Shown here in pieces: positions 20,506 through 29,689 of a stretch of DNA of 64,000 bases (the first letter of the stretch is position 1; every line of letters starts with the position of its first letter). The position numbers and the translations under genes were made by a program. Source of the stretch: an uncultured Actinomycetes bacterium (lineage in GTDB: Bacteria > Actinomycetota > Thermoleophilia > Gaiellales > Gaiellaceae); contig CAVZYK010000017.1 in NCBI GenBank assembly GCA_963779505.1, forward strand, positions 108,896 through 172,895, in the 5' to 3' direction. The notes below the pieces were generated by a model. It worked only from the letters and a program-made list of their open reading frames with translations. It was not told the origin of the DNA and did no database searches.

Positions 20506-20546
20506 CACGTGAAAACGGGCGGCCGTTTTCACGTGCTTTCTTCTCC
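20506..20546 (+). terminator. rho-independent terminator after the sensor kinase
   Basis: Perfect 13-bp stem CACGTGAAAACGG/CCGTTTTCACGTG with loop GCGG (20506-20535), followed by the T-rich tract CTTTCTTCT. Confidence 0.75.
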
Positions 20547-20565
20547 GCCCGCCCATTCGAGCCAG

Positions 20566-20629
20566 GTCCCGGGGACTGTCCCTGGGACCTGACGCTTCCG
20601 GGCCCTGTTCCGGGGACTGTCCCTGGGAC
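20566..20629. promoter_or_regulatory. four copies of the 11-bp palindrome GTCCCNGGGAC in two pairs (candidate operator array)
   Basis: Copies at 20566-20576, 20578-20588, 20607-20617 (GTTCC variant) and 20619-20629. The 20-nt core CCGGGGACTGTCCCTGGGAC is identical at 20569-20588 and 20610-20629. The proximal pair abuts or overlaps the -35 position of the TACAGT promoter. Confidence 0.5.
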
Positions 20630-20642
20630 ACGCCCGCGCAGG

Positions 20643-20652
20643 CGGCTACAGT
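20643..20652 (+). promoter_or_regulatory. candidate -10 region CGGCTACAGT for the HtrA-like gene (leaderless)
   Basis: TACAGT (20647-20652) ends 8 nt before GTG 20661. No SD is present. Confidence 0.45.
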
Positions 20653-20660
20653 GGCCGCCC

Positions 20661-21875
20661 GTGCGCACCGGCTCTGCCGCCACCCTCGCCCTGATCGCTG
20701 CCGTGCTCGGCGGCGTCGCCGTGCTCGTCGTCGCCAAGGCGACCGGCTGGCTGGACGGCGGCACGACCACGAAGACCGTCGTCGTGCGCCAGCAGACCGA
20801 CGCGAGCGGCGTCGGCGGCCCCGTCGTCGCGGCCAAGCCGATCGTCGGCAACGGCTTCCAGCCGGCGCAGATCTACCGTTCCCGCTCGGCCGGGGTCGTG
20901 ACGATCGTCTCGTACTTCGACGACCCGAGCTCGCCCGCGGCCAGTGCCGGCCAGGGATCGGGCTTCGTCGTCTCGACCGACGGGACGATCCTGACCAACG
21001 CGCACGTGATCACGACGGCCGGCCAGGGCCAGGTCGGCAAGGCGAGCGCCGCCGGCACGGTCTACGTCGAGTTCTCGGACGGCGACCGCGTCCAGGCGCG
21101 GGTGGTCGGCTACGACCTCTTCGACGACGTCGGCGTGATCAAGGTCGACCCCGCCGAGCACACGCTCGATCCGGTGCCGCTCGGCAACTCGTCCCGGGTC
21201 GTCGTCGGCGAGCCCGTGGCGGCGATCGGCAGCCCCTTCGGCAACGTCGACTCGCTCTCCGTCGGCGTCGTCTCGGCGATCCGCCGCTCGATCCCCTCGC
21301 TGACCACCCGCTACAACCTCGTCGACGCGATCCAGACCGACGCGCCGATCAACCACGGCAACTCGGGCGGCCCGCTCTTCGACGCCCGCGGCCGCGTGAT
21401 CGGGATCAACGCGCAGATCCGCTCCAGCGGCACCGGCTCCGGCTTCGAGGGCGTCGGCTTCGCCGTCCCGATCGACTCGGTCAAGCGCTCGCTGCGGCAG
21501 CTGACCCAGTCCGGCCAGGTCAAGTACGCCTACGTCGGCATCACGACGGAGGACTTGACCCCCTCGATCGCGAAGAAGTTCGGGTACGCAGCCCAGCAGG
21601 GAGCACTGATCGACGTCGTCAAAGCGGGCGGCGCCGGCGACCGGGCGGGCCTGAAGGCCGGCACGAAGGACACCGTCTACCAGGGCGTCGCGGTGAAGGT
21701 CGGCGGCGACGCGATCGTCGCGATCGACGGCGTGCCGGTCACGCATGCCGAGGACGTCGTCCGGATCGTCTCGGAGCGGCTGCTGCCGGGCGAGACCGCC
21801 ACGTTCACGGTCGTCAACGGCAAGGAGCGGCGCAAGGTCTCGGTCACGCTCGACAACCGCCCGACGACCGGGTAG
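20661..21875 (+). CDS. membrane-anchored trypsin-like serine protease with a PDZ domain (HtrA/DegP/PepD family)
   Basis: N-terminal TM helix (ATLALIAAVLGGVAVLVVA). Catalytic contexts ILTNAHVI, DVGVIKV and NHGNSGGPLFD. C-terminal PDZ domain (GALIDVVKAGGAGDRAGLKAGT..IVAIDGVPV). Confidence 0.92.
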   Translation: MRTGSAATLALIAAVLGGVAVLVVAKATGWLDGGTTTKTVVVRQQTDASGVGGPVVAAKPIVGNGFQPAQIYRSRSAGVVTIVSYFDDPSSPAASAGQGSGFVVSTDGTILTNAHVITTAGQGQVGKASAAGTVYVEFSDGDRVQARVVGYDLFDDVGVIKVDPAEHTLDPVPLGNSSRVVVGEPVAAIGSPFGNVDSLSVGVVSAIRRSIPSLTTRYNLVDAIQTDAPINHGNSGGPLFDARGRVIGINAQIRSSGTGSGFEGVGFAVPIDSVKRSLRQLTQSGQVKYAYVGITTEDLTPSIAKKFGYAAQQGALIDVVKAGGAGDRAGLKAGTKDTVYQGVAVKVGGDAIVAIDGVPVTHAEDVVRIVSERLLPGETATFTVVNGKERRKVSVTLDNRPTTG

Positions 21876-21939
21876 CACCGGAGGGTTCGGAAAGCGGAAC
21901 GGCCGGGAAGCCTCCTCGAGAGGGTCGAGTGTCCCCGGT

Positions 21940-21953
21940 GTCGAAGTTTCGAC
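21940..21953. promoter_or_regulatory. 14-bp palindrome GTCGAAgtTTCGAC upstream of the sigmaB-type promoter
   Basis: 6-bp perfect arms with a 2-nt spacer. It ends 12 nt before the GTTTAA -35 element. Confidence 0.3.
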
Positions 21954-21965
21954 AGAATCTCCGAG

Positions 21966-21990
21966 GTTTAACGTGCAGATCTATGGGAAA
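21966..21990 (+). promoter_or_regulatory. sigmaB/sigmaF-type promoter candidate GTTTAA-N13-GGGAAA
   Basis: GTTTAA at 21966-21971, a 13-nt spacer, and GGGAAA at 21985-21990. It lies in the most AT-rich intergenic stretch of the window, 11 nt before ATG 22002. Confidence 0.45.
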
Positions 21991-22001
21991 AGCGGTACGC
22001 G

Positions 22002-22472
22002 ATGAGCGCTGCGGCTGACGGCAACGGCGGCACCGGGGCGGGCGCGAACGGCGCTCAGGCCCAGTCGATCCGGCTCACGATCCCGGCGAAGCCCGAGTAC
22101 ATCACGCTCGGCCGCCTCGCCCTGACCGGGATCGCACGCCTGCGCGCCGAGCCGCTCGGCGAGGAGGTGCTCGGCGACCTGAAGCTGGCGCTGACCGAGG
22201 CCTGCACGAACTCGGTCCGGCACGCCTACGCGGGCGGCGAGGGCACGGTCGAGATCACCTACGAGCTCTACGCCGATCGGCTCGTCGTCGAGGTCGCCGA
22301 CGAGGGCGAGGGCTTCGAGCCCCCGCCCGGCTCGAGCACGAGGCTCGACGACGACGAGCTCTCCGAGGGCGGCCTCGGGATCGCGATCATCAAGGCGCTC
22401 GCCGACGAGCTCGAGATCACCGAGCGCGCGGCCGGCGGCTCCTCACTCCGCTTCGTCAAGCACCTGGCCTAG
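22002..22472 (+). CDS. anti-sigma factor-type serine kinase (RsbW/SpoIIAB-like HATPase)
   Basis: IRLTIPAKPEYITLGRLALTGI.., N-box LTEACTNSVRHAY, then VADEGEGFEPP and GGLGIAIIKALADELEI. Confidence 0.8.
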   Translation: MSAAADGNGGTGAGANGAQAQSIRLTIPAKPEYITLGRLALTGIARLRAEPLGEEVLGDLKLALTEACTNSVRHAYAGGEGTVEITYELYADRLVVEVADEGEGFEPPPGSSTRLDDDELSEGGLGIAIIKALADELEITERAAGGSSLRFVKHLA

Positions 22473-22481
22473 TCGCGCTTC

Positions 22482-23753
22482 GTGCTGCCGCTCGTCAACG
22501 TCGGCCACAAGTCGCTCGGCGACTACCGGACACTCGTCACGCGCGGGTTGATGGAGGAGATCAAGCGGCTCGCCGAGCCGCTTGCGGGCGCTCGCGTCGT
22601 GCACATCTCGGCGACCGCGTTCGGCGGCGGCGTCGCCGAGATCAACTACACGCTCGTGCCGCTGATGTCCGACGCGGGCCTCGACGTCGAGTGGCGGATC
22701 ATGCAAGGGACGGACGAGTTCTACAACGTCACGAAGGCGATGCACAACGCGCTCCAGGGCGACCCGCGCTCGCTGACCGCCGAGGAGCGCGAGATCTTCG
22801 CGCGCTACAACGCGGAGAACGCGGCCAACTTCTCCGAGGCCGACTACGACTACGTGATCGTGCACGACCCGCAGCCCGCGGCGATGATCGATGCGTTCCC
22901 GAGCCGGTCGGCGAAGTGGATCTGGCGCGGGCACATCGACTTCTCGACACCGAACCCGGATGCGTTCGACATCCTGCTGCCGTCGCTGCGCCACTACGAC
23001 GCGTCCATCTTCCACATGCGCGAGTACGCACCGAAGGCGGACGGTCTCGCGACTGTCGCGATCTGGCCGCCGGCGATCGATCCGCTGCAGCCGAAGAACA
23101 TGGCCCTCTCACCGGAGGACGCGGCGTACATCGTCGACCAGTTCGGCATCGACGTCGAACGGCCGCTCCTGACTCAGGTCTCGCGGTTCGATCCCTGGAA
23201 GGACCCCGTGGGCGTGATCGACGCGTACCGCATCGTCAAGCGCCGCTTCCCCGAGGTGCAACTGGCGCTGATCGGCTCGATGGCGCACGACGACCCCGAA
23301 GGGTGGGAGTACTACAACCGCACCGTCGAGCACGCCGGCGACGATCCGGACATCTACATCCTCAGCAACATGAACAACGTCGGCGGCGTCGAGGTGAACG
23401 CCTTCCAGGTGCACTCCGACGCCGCGCTGCAGAAGTCGACGAAGGAGGGCTTCGGGCTGACCGTGACCGAGGCGCTCTGGAAGGCGCGGCCCATGGTCGC
23501 GGGGCGTGTGGGCGGGATCGTTGCCCAGATAGAAAACGGAGAGACGGGCTGGCTCGTCGGCTCGATCGAGGAGTGCGCCGAGGCGTGCATCGAGATCCTG
23601 CGCGACCCGGTCGAGGCGCGTCGGCGCGCGCTCAAGGGCAAGGAGCACGTGCGCCGGCACTTCCTGACGCCGCGGCTCCTGCGCGACTGGCTGGTGCTCT
23701 TCAACCAGCTGGCCGGCAGAGATACGGGCGACAGCGACATCGTCACGGTCTGA
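22482..23753 (+). CDS. treT: trehalose glycosyltransferring synthase TreT-like GT4 glycosyltransferase
   Basis: ISATAFGGGVAEINYTLVPLM..GLDVEWRIM..EFYNVTKAMHNALQG..RFDPWKDPVGVIDAY..STKEGFGLTVTEALWK, matching the TreT pattern as I remember it. Confidence 0.75.
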   Translation: MLPLVNVGHKSLGDYRTLVTRGLMEEIKRLAEPLAGARVVHISATAFGGGVAEINYTLVPLMSDAGLDVEWRIMQGTDEFYNVTKAMHNALQGDPRSLTAEEREIFARYNAENAANFSEADYDYVIVHDPQPAAMIDAFPSRSAKWIWRGHIDFSTPNPDAFDILLPSLRHYDASIFHMREYAPKADGLATVAIWPPAIDPLQPKNMALSPEDAAYIVDQFGIDVERPLLTQVSRFDPWKDPVGVIDAYRIVKRRFPEVQLALIGSMAHDDPEGWEYYNRTVEHAGDDPDIYILSNMNNVGGVEVNAFQVHSDAALQKSTKEGFGLTVTEALWKARPMVAGRVGGIVAQIENGETGWLVGSIEECAEACIEILRDPVEARRRALKGKEHVRRHFLTPRLLRDWLVLFNQLAGRDTGDSDIVTV

Positions 23754-23754
23754 C

Positions 23755-25143
23755 GTGCCCGACAGGCGCCCGCTGATCGTCGTCTCGAACCGCGGCCCCG
23801 TCTCGTACGACCGCGACGAGCACGGCGCGCGGATCGAGCGGCGCGGTGGCGGCGGTCTCGTCACGGCCCTGCGCGGGCTGCGCGAGCAGCACGACGTGAC
23901 GTGGATCGCGAGTGCGAGCACCGACGAGGATCGCGTCGTCGCGACCGAGGGCGGCACCGACGTCGTGCTCGTCGCGCACGACCCGCGTGCGTACGACGCG
24001 TACTACAACGTGATCGCGAACCCGCTGCTCTGGTTCGTCCAGCACTCGCTCTGGGGGCTCGCCGACGCACCGGTGATCGACCGGTCGACACATGCAGCGT
24101 GGCGCGACGGCTACGTCGAAGTGAACGCCGCGTTCGCGGCGGCGGTTGTCGCCCAATTGGACAACAGACCGGACGCGATCGTCTTCTTCCACGACTACCA
24201 CCTCTACCTCGCGCCGCGACTCGTGCGGGACGCGCATCCGCAGGCGCTGCTCGCGCAGTTCGTGCACATCCCGTGGCCGGCCGACCTGAGCACGCTGCCG
24301 CCGGCGCTGCGGGATCCGATTCTCGACGGCTTGCTCGCCAACGACGTCGTCGGCTTCCACACCGAGCGGTGGGCGCGCAACTTCGTCGCGACGTGCGGCG
24401 ACGTCGGCGAGACCACGGTCACGCACCATGCGATCTCGGTGGATCCGCAGGAGTTCGACTCCCTCGCGAGCAGCGACGCCGTGCGCGAGCAGGAGGCGCG
24501 CATCGAGCGCCCCGAGAAGCTGATCGTGCGTGTCGACCGGACCGACCCATCGAAGAACATCGTCCGCGGCTTCCGCGCGTTCGAGCTCTTCCTCGCAGAG
24601 CATCCGGAGTGGCACCGGCGCGTCACGATGCTCGCACTCCTCGATCCGTCGCGGCAGGCGGTGCCGGAGTACGCCGCCTACCTGGAGCAGATCGAGCGGG
24701 CGGTCAACGATGTGAACGGCCGCTTCGCCGCCGACGGCTGGCTGCCGGTCGACCTTCAGGTCGCCGACAACTTCCCGCAGTCCGTCGCCGCGTACAAGCA
24801 GTACGACGTGCTGCTCGTGAACGCAGTCTTCGACGGCCTCAACCTCGTGGCGAAGGAAGGGCCGCTCGTCAACACGCGCGACGGTGTGCTCGTCCTCTCC
24901 GAGAACGCCGGCGCGCACGAGGAGCTCGCGCCCTGGGCGCTGACGGTCAATCCGTTCGACGTGGCGGGCCAGGCCGATGCGCTGCACGAGGCGCTGACGA
25001 TGCCGCCGGACGAGCGGCGTCGCCGCGCAGCGGGCCTGCGTGAACAGGTACTGACGCACGACATCGCGGCCTGGACGGAGGCGCAGCTCGCCGACTTCGA
25101 CGCAGCGCTGGCGCGGCGCGGGTCACGTAACGTGGGTGCATGA
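23755..25143 (+). CDS. otsA: alpha,alpha-trehalose-phosphate synthase (GT20)
   Basis: [71 protein letters not shown]. Confidence 0.9.
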   Translation: MPDRRPLIVVSNRGPVSYDRDEHGARIERRGGGGLVTALRGLREQHDVTWIASASTDEDRVVATEGGTDVVLVAHDPRAYDAYYNVIANPLLWFVQHSLWGLADAPVIDRSTHAAWRDGYVEVNAAFAAAVVAQLDNRPDAIVFFHDYHLYLAPRLVRDAHPQALLAQFVHIPWPADLSTLPPALRDPILDGLLANDVVGFHTERWARNFVATCGDVGETTVTHHAISVDPQEFDSLASSDAVREQEARIERPEKLIVRVDRTDPSKNIVRGFRAFELFLAEHPEWHRRVTMLALLDPSRQAVPEYAAYLEQIERAVNDVNGRFAADGWLPVDLQVADNFPQSVAAYKQYDVLLVNAVFDGLNLVAKEGPLVNTRDGVLVLSENAGAHEELAPWALTVNPFDVAGQADALHEALTMPPDERRRRAAGLREQVLTHDIAAWTEAQLADFDAALARRGSRNVGA

Positions 25144-25583
25144 CGAAGAGCGATCTGTCGCACGTCGACGAGAGTGGTGCCGTGAAGATGGTCGACGTCG
25201 GCGGCAAGCCGATGCAGCGGCGGCGCGCGGTGGCACGCGCGATCGTGCGCATGGCGCCGGAGACCGCGACCCGGCTGCGTGCACTGCCGAAAGGCGACGC
25301 ACTGACGACGGCCCAGCTCGCCGGGATCATGGCCGCGAAGAAGACGTCCGACCTGATTCCGCTCTGCCATCCGCTCGCGCTTTCGCATGTCGGCGTCGAG
25401 CTCGTCGTCGGCGACGGCCAGGTCGAGATCACGGCGGCCGCCGAGACGAGCGCACAGACCGGCGTCGAGATGGAGGCGCTGACCGCGGCCTCGGTCGCCG
25501 CGCTCACCGTCTACGACATGGCAAAGGCGATCGACAAGCAGATGACGTTCAGCGTCGAGTTGCTGGAGAAGACCAAGTCGTGA
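25140..25583 (+). CDS. moaC: cyclic pyranopterin monophosphate synthase MoaC
   Basis: [68 protein letters not shown]. Confidence 0.93.
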   Translation: MTKSDLSHVDESGAVKMVDVGGKPMQRRRAVARAIVRMAPETATRLRALPKGDALTTAQLAGIMAAKKTSDLIPLCHPLALSHVGVELVVGDGQVEITAAAETSAQTGVEMEALTAASVAALTVYDMAKAIDKQMTFSVELLEKTKS

Positions 25584-26059
25584 ACGCGGCGGTGCTGACC
25601 GTCTCCGATCGCGTGTCGCGCGGTGAGGCGCAGGACGCGAGCGGCGACCTGCTCGAGCACCTGTTGCGCACCGACGGGTATGCGGTCGTCCGGCGCGTCG
25701 TCGCCGACGAGGCCGACGCGATCGCCGTCGCGATCGAGGAGCTCGCCGCGAGCGCCGACCTCGTTCTGACGACGGGCGGCACCGGCCTCGCGCCGCGCGA
25801 TGTCACGCCGGAGGCGACGCGCACGGTGCTGCAGCGTGAGGCGCCGGGCATCGCCGAAGCCCTGCGCGCCGACTCGATCGCCAAGACGCCCCATGGCCTG
25901 CTCTCACGCGGTGTCGCCGGGGTGCTCGGGCGAACCCTCGTCGTCAACCTGCCCGGCTCGACCGGCGGCTGCCGGGACGGTTATGCCGTTCTGCGCCCCG
26001 CGCTCGGCCACGCGGTGGCGCTTCTCGGCGACGAGGCGACGCAGCACAGCCAGACTTAG
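25580..26059 (+). CDS. moaB: MogA/MoaB family molybdenum cofactor biosynthesis protein
   Basis: [57 protein letters not shown] 25580 overlaps the moaC stop. Confidence 0.88.
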   Translation: MNAAVLTVSDRVSRGEAQDASGDLLEHLLRTDGYAVVRRVVADEADAIAVAIEELAASADLVLTTGGTGLAPRDVTPEATRTVLQREAPGIAEALRADSIAKTPHGLLSRGVAGVLGRTLVVNLPGSTGGCRDGYAVLRPALGHAVALLGDEATQHSQT

Positions 26060-26062
26060 CCG

Positions 26063-26908
26063 ATGGGAATCGCCCGCCTCTACTACCGGCTCGTCAAGTT
26101 CGAGCACACGATCTTCGCGCTCCCGTTCGCATACGTCGGCGCGTTCCTCGCCGTCGAGGGCGTCCCGTCGGCGCACGACCTGCTCTGGATCACGGTCGCC
26201 ATGGTCGGCGCCCGCTCGCTCGCGATGGCGCTCAACCGCTTGATCGACGCGCGCATCGACGCAGCGAACCCGCGCACGGCGGGCCGCGAGCTCCCGTCCG
26301 GCGCGCTCACGCACGTGGGGGTGATCGTCTTCTGCGTGGTGTCGCTCGTGGTGTACCTCGGCGCCGTCTGGCAACTCGACCCGCTCGTCCGCTGGCTCGC
26401 GCCCATACCGGTGATCGCGTTCGTCGTCTACCCGTACCTGAAGCGGTTCACGTGGACCTGCCACCTCTGGCTCGGCGCGATCGACGGGCTGGCGCCGATC
26501 GGCGCCTGGGCCGCGGTGACGGGGAAGCTGCCGTGGCAGTCGTGGGCGCTCGGCGCGGCCGTCGCCGCGTGGGTCGCCGGCTTCGACCTCTTCTACGCGC
26601 TGTTCGATGCCGACGTCGATCGCGAGCAAGGGCTGCACTCCTGGGTGACGCGCTTCGGCGAGGTCGGTGCATTCACCGGCGCGCGCATCCTCCACATGAT
26701 CACGATCGTGCTGCTGATCGCCGTCGGGCTCGGCGTCTCCGTGGGGTGGCTCTACTGGGTCGGCGTGCTGATCGTCGGGGCGCTCCTCCTCTACGAGCAC
26801 ACGCTCGTGCGGCCGGGCGACCTGCGCCGGCTCGACGCGGCGTTCTTCACGATGAACGGCGTCATCTCCGTCGCGTTCTTCGCCTTCGTGCTCGCCGACG
26901 TGCTGTGA
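26063..26908 (+). CDS. UbiA-family polyprenyltransferase (4-hydroxybenzoate/MqnP-like)
   Basis: LVKFEHTIFALPFAY.., aspartate-rich motif NRLIDARIDAANPRTAGRELPSG, a second motif FDLFYALFDADVDRE, and about 8 TM helices. Confidence 0.85.
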   Translation: MGIARLYYRLVKFEHTIFALPFAYVGAFLAVEGVPSAHDLLWITVAMVGARSLAMALNRLIDARIDAANPRTAGRELPSGALTHVGVIVFCVVSLVVYLGAVWQLDPLVRWLAPIPVIAFVVYPYLKRFTWTCHLWLGAIDGLAPIGAWAAVTGKLPWQSWALGAAVAAWVAGFDLFYALFDADVDREQGLHSWVTRFGEVGAFTGARILHMITIVLLIAVGLGVSVGWLYWVGVLIVGALLLYEHTLVRPGDLRRLDAAFFTMNGVISVAFFAFVLADVL

Positions 26909-27634
26909 TCGTCGGGCTCTTGCACCCGGGTGAGATGGGTGCCGCGATCGGCGACGCGCTCCGCGAGCGCGGCCACGACGTGCTCTGGGCCTCGGAGGGG
27001 CGGAGCGAGGAGTCGCGGGCGCGCGCGGCGGCTCTGCGCGACGTGGGCACGCTCGCCGCGCTCGTCGACGAAGCCGAGGTGATCCTCTCGGTCTGCCCAC
27101 CGCATGCGGCGCTCGAGGTCGCCCGCGCGACCCAGGGCTTCGCAGGCACGTACGTCGACGCGAACGCGATCTCACCCATGCGCGCAGCCGAGATCGGCGC
27201 GTTGCACCCGCGCTTCGTCGACGGCGGGATCATCGGGCCGCCGCCGCGCGCCGCCGGCGAGACGCGGCTCTACCTCTCGGGCGCCGACGCCTCGGAGGTC
27301 GGCGGCGCTCTTCGCGGGATCGATCGTCGACGCACGCGTCGTGCCCGATGCATCCGCACTGAAGATGGCGTACGCCGCCTGGTCGAAAGGCACCGCAGCG
27401 CTGCTGCTCGCGGTGCGGGATGTCGCACGTCACTTCGGCGTCGAGGACGCGCTCGCCGACGAATGGCGCCTGTCCCAGCCCGAGCTCTTCGACCGGCTCG
27501 CGTCGGCGGAGCGCTCCGCGGCGAAGAAGGGCTGGCGCTGGGTGGGCGAGATGGAGGAGATCGCCGACACGTTCGACGCGGCCGATGCGCCGGACGGGTT
27601 CCACCGCGCGGCCGCCGAGGTCTACCGGTCGTGA
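26905..27634 (+). pseudogene. NAD(P)-binding oxidoreductase with a DUF1932-type C-terminus, one +1 frame break near 27302
   Basis: The N-terminal part VIVGLLHPGEMGAAIG..VILSVCPPHAA..VDANAISP..RLYLSGADASEV is in the frame of ORF 26452. The C-terminal part ALFAGSIVDARVVPDASALKMAYAAWSKGTAALL..WRWVGEMEEIA is in ORF 27104-27634. Confidence 0.65.
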
Positions 27635-28204
27635 TCGCAGGGCGCCGGTCTCGCGAAGCGCCTCGGCGACCGCCGCGTGTTCCGCGACGTCGACGTGTCG
27701 TTGCCCGACGGCGGCTTCCTGCTCGTGACCGGCCCGAACGGCTCGGGGAAGACGACGCTCCTGCGCGTGCTCGCCGGGCTGCTGGCGCCCGACGCCGGCA
27801 CGCTGGCGCTGCCGCCGCGGCACACGATCGGCTACCTCGGTCACGAGCCACTCGTCTACCGCGAGCTGACGCCGCTCGAGAACCTGACGCTGTTCGGCCG
27901 GCTCTACCGCATTCCCGAGCGCGGTGAGCGCATCGGCATGCTGCTCGAGCGCTTCGGGCTCTGGGAGGTGCGCCACGACCGCGTCTCCACCTTCTCCCGC
28001 GGCATGCAGCAGCGGCTCGGGCTCTGCCGGGCGTTGCTGCACGAGCCGGAACTGCTCCTGCTCGACGAGCCGTTCAACGCGCTCGACACCGACGCAGCGG
28101 TGCTGCTCGACGGCGTGCTCGCCGAGCCGCGGACGACGGTCGTCGCAACCCACGAGCCGGAGCGCGTCGAGCGTTTCGCAACCGCCCGGCTGGCGTTCGC
28201 ATGA
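27631..28204 (+). pseudogene. ccmA: heme exporter ABC ATPase CcmA; probable +1 frame break right after the start (27631-27650), otherwise the start is GTG 27677
   Basis: Walker A GPNGSGKTT, signature SRGMQQRL, Walker B LLLLDEP. Upstream in frame, AGLAKRLGDRRVFRDVDVSL has no start codon, but GTG 27631 (VIAG..) lies in the neighbouring frame and overlaps the previous stop. Confidence 0.75.
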
Positions 28205-28818
28205 CCTACTTCGCCGACGTCGCCGCGCTGACGCGCAAGGACCTGCTGCTCGAGCTGCGCGCGAAGGAGACGCTCCCCTCGATGCTGCTCTTCGTGATCG
28301 CGGCGCTGACGATCTTCCACTTCGCGCTGCCGCGGGGCACCGGCGACAAGGCCGCGCTCGGCCTTCTCTGGTCGGCGATCATCTTCACCGCACTGCTCGG
28401 GCTGACGCGGGCCTTCGTCGCCGAGCGCGAGCAGAGCCTCTTCGACGCGCTCGTGCTCGCACCGTGCGACCGGAGCGCGATCTGGCTCGCGAAGTCGCTC
28501 GCCGTGCTCGCCTTCCTCGTCTGCGCCGAGGTCGTCGCCCTGCCCGCCTTCGGCGCGTTCTTCTCGGCCGTCGACGGACGCACCGTGGCGGCGGTTGCCC
28601 TCGCCGACGTCGGGATCGCCGCCGTGGGCACGCTCTTCGGGGCGATGGCGGTCGCCGGGCGCGCCCGCGAGCTGCTGCTGCCGCTGCTCTTCCTGCCCAT
28701 GGCGATCCCGATCGTCGTCGGCGGCGTCGGCGGCTATCTCTGGTTCCTCGTGCTCTATGACGCGATCTTCGTGCTGCTCGCCTGGGCGATGTTCGAGTAC
28801 GTCGTCGCCGAGGTCTGA
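28201..28818 (+). CDS. ccmB: heme exporter permease CcmB
   Basis: MTYFADVAALTRKDLLLELRAKETLPSMLLFV.. with 6 TM helices. ATGA overlap with ccmA. Confidence 0.8.
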   Translation: MTYFADVAALTRKDLLLELRAKETLPSMLLFVIAALTIFHFALPRGTGDKAALGLLWSAIIFTALLGLTRAFVAEREQSLFDALVLAPCDRSAIWLAKSLAVLAFLVCAEVVALPAFGAFFSAVDGRTVAAVALADVGIAAVGTLFGAMAVAGRARELLLPLLFLPMAIPIVVGGVGGYLWFLVLYDAIFVLLAWAMFEYVVAEV

Positions 28819-28841
28819 GCCGCCGGACTACCATTCGCCGC

Positions 28842-29531
28842 GTGAGACGCACCCTTGCGGCACGGAGCGCGGTGGCCACGAGTGCGCTCGCGGTCGTCCT
28901 GCTGACACTTTCGATCGCCCTGATCTTCTTCTGGGCGCCCACCGACGCCGACCAGGGGTTCTCCCAGCGCATCTTCTACTTCCATGTCCCGATCGCGCTG
29001 ACCGCGTACGTCTGCTTCGGCTGGGGCGCGTGGAAGGCGCTGCGCGTGCTCTGGAAACGCGACGAGCGCGCCGATGTCGAGAGTTACGTCGCGATCCACC
29101 AGGGTGTCGTCTTCGGCGCGCTGACGCTCCTCACGGGCTCGATCTGGGCGCGCGCTTCCTGGGGCGTCTGGTGGTCGTGGAGCGAGAACCAGCTCGTCCT
29201 CTTCCTCGTGCTCTTCCTCTTCTACTGCGCGTACTTCATGCTGCGGTTCTCGCTCGAGCCCGGCCGGTCGCGCGCGAACATGTCGGCGGTCTACGCGCTC
29301 TTCGGCGTCGTTCTGATCCCGGTCTCGTTCCTCGCGATCCGGCTCTCGCAGAAGTTCATCCACCCGGTCGTCTTCAACTCACACGGCCCGCAGATGTCGG
29401 GCTCGCAGTTCGTGACGTTCCTCGTCTCGCTGGCGGGGATGCTCGCGCTCTTCGCGACGCTCTACCAGGTCGAGCTCGCCGGCAAGCGGCTCGACGCGAA
29501 CCTGCGCGAGTTGCGCGAGCTGATCGCATGA
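28842..29531 (+). CDS. ccmC: heme exporter/heme lyase-delivery protein CcmC
   Basis: QRIFYFHVPIALTAY.. and the Trp-rich motif WGVWWSWSENQL. Confidence 0.85.
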   Translation: MRRTLAARSAVATSALAVVLLTLSIALIFFWAPTDADQGFSQRIFYFHVPIALTAYVCFGWGAWKALRVLWKRDERADVESYVAIHQGVVFGALTLLTGSIWARASWGVWWSWSENQLVLFLVLFLFYCAYFMLRFSLEPGRSRANMSAVYALFGVVLIPVSFLAIRLSQKFIHPVVFNSHGPQMSGSQFVTFLVSLAGMLALFATLYQVELAGKRLDANLRELRELIA

Positions 29532-29689
29532 CGGGAGACACGCCGTCCGAGTGGCAGTACGTCGCAGCCGCGTACCTCGTGGTCTTCGTGACGGTGCTGC
29601 TCTGGGTCGCGATCATCGCCGCGAAGCTGCAGCGGCTGCAGCGCGAGGTCGGTGCCATGGTCGAGAGCGCGCGTAAGACGCATGGTTGA
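29528..29689 (+). CDS. ccmD: CcmD-like small membrane protein (53 aa)
   Basis: EWQYVAAAYLVVFVTVLLWVAIIAAKL, a single TM helix. ATGA overlap with ccmC. The size and position match CcmD. Confidence 0.55.
   Translation: MTGDTPSEWQYVAAAYLVVFVTVLLWVAIIAAKLQRLQREVGAMVESARKTHG

Noticed and set aside
20506-20535. Hairpin arms containing TTTTCACGTG / CACGTGAAAA, which resemble half of a parS site
   Set aside because: Neither arm forms the full 16-bp TGTTTCACGTGAAACA-type palindrome. The structure, a 13-bp stem with a tetraloop and a T-rich tail directly after a stop codon, is better explained as an intrinsic terminator.
20566-20629. The two 23-25-nt palindromic modules read as RNA hairpins of a small RNA or attenuator
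   Set aside because: They lie upstream of the best -10 candidate (20647-20652) and downstream of a strong terminator, so they are probably not transcribed. I cannot fully exclude transcription without transcription start data.
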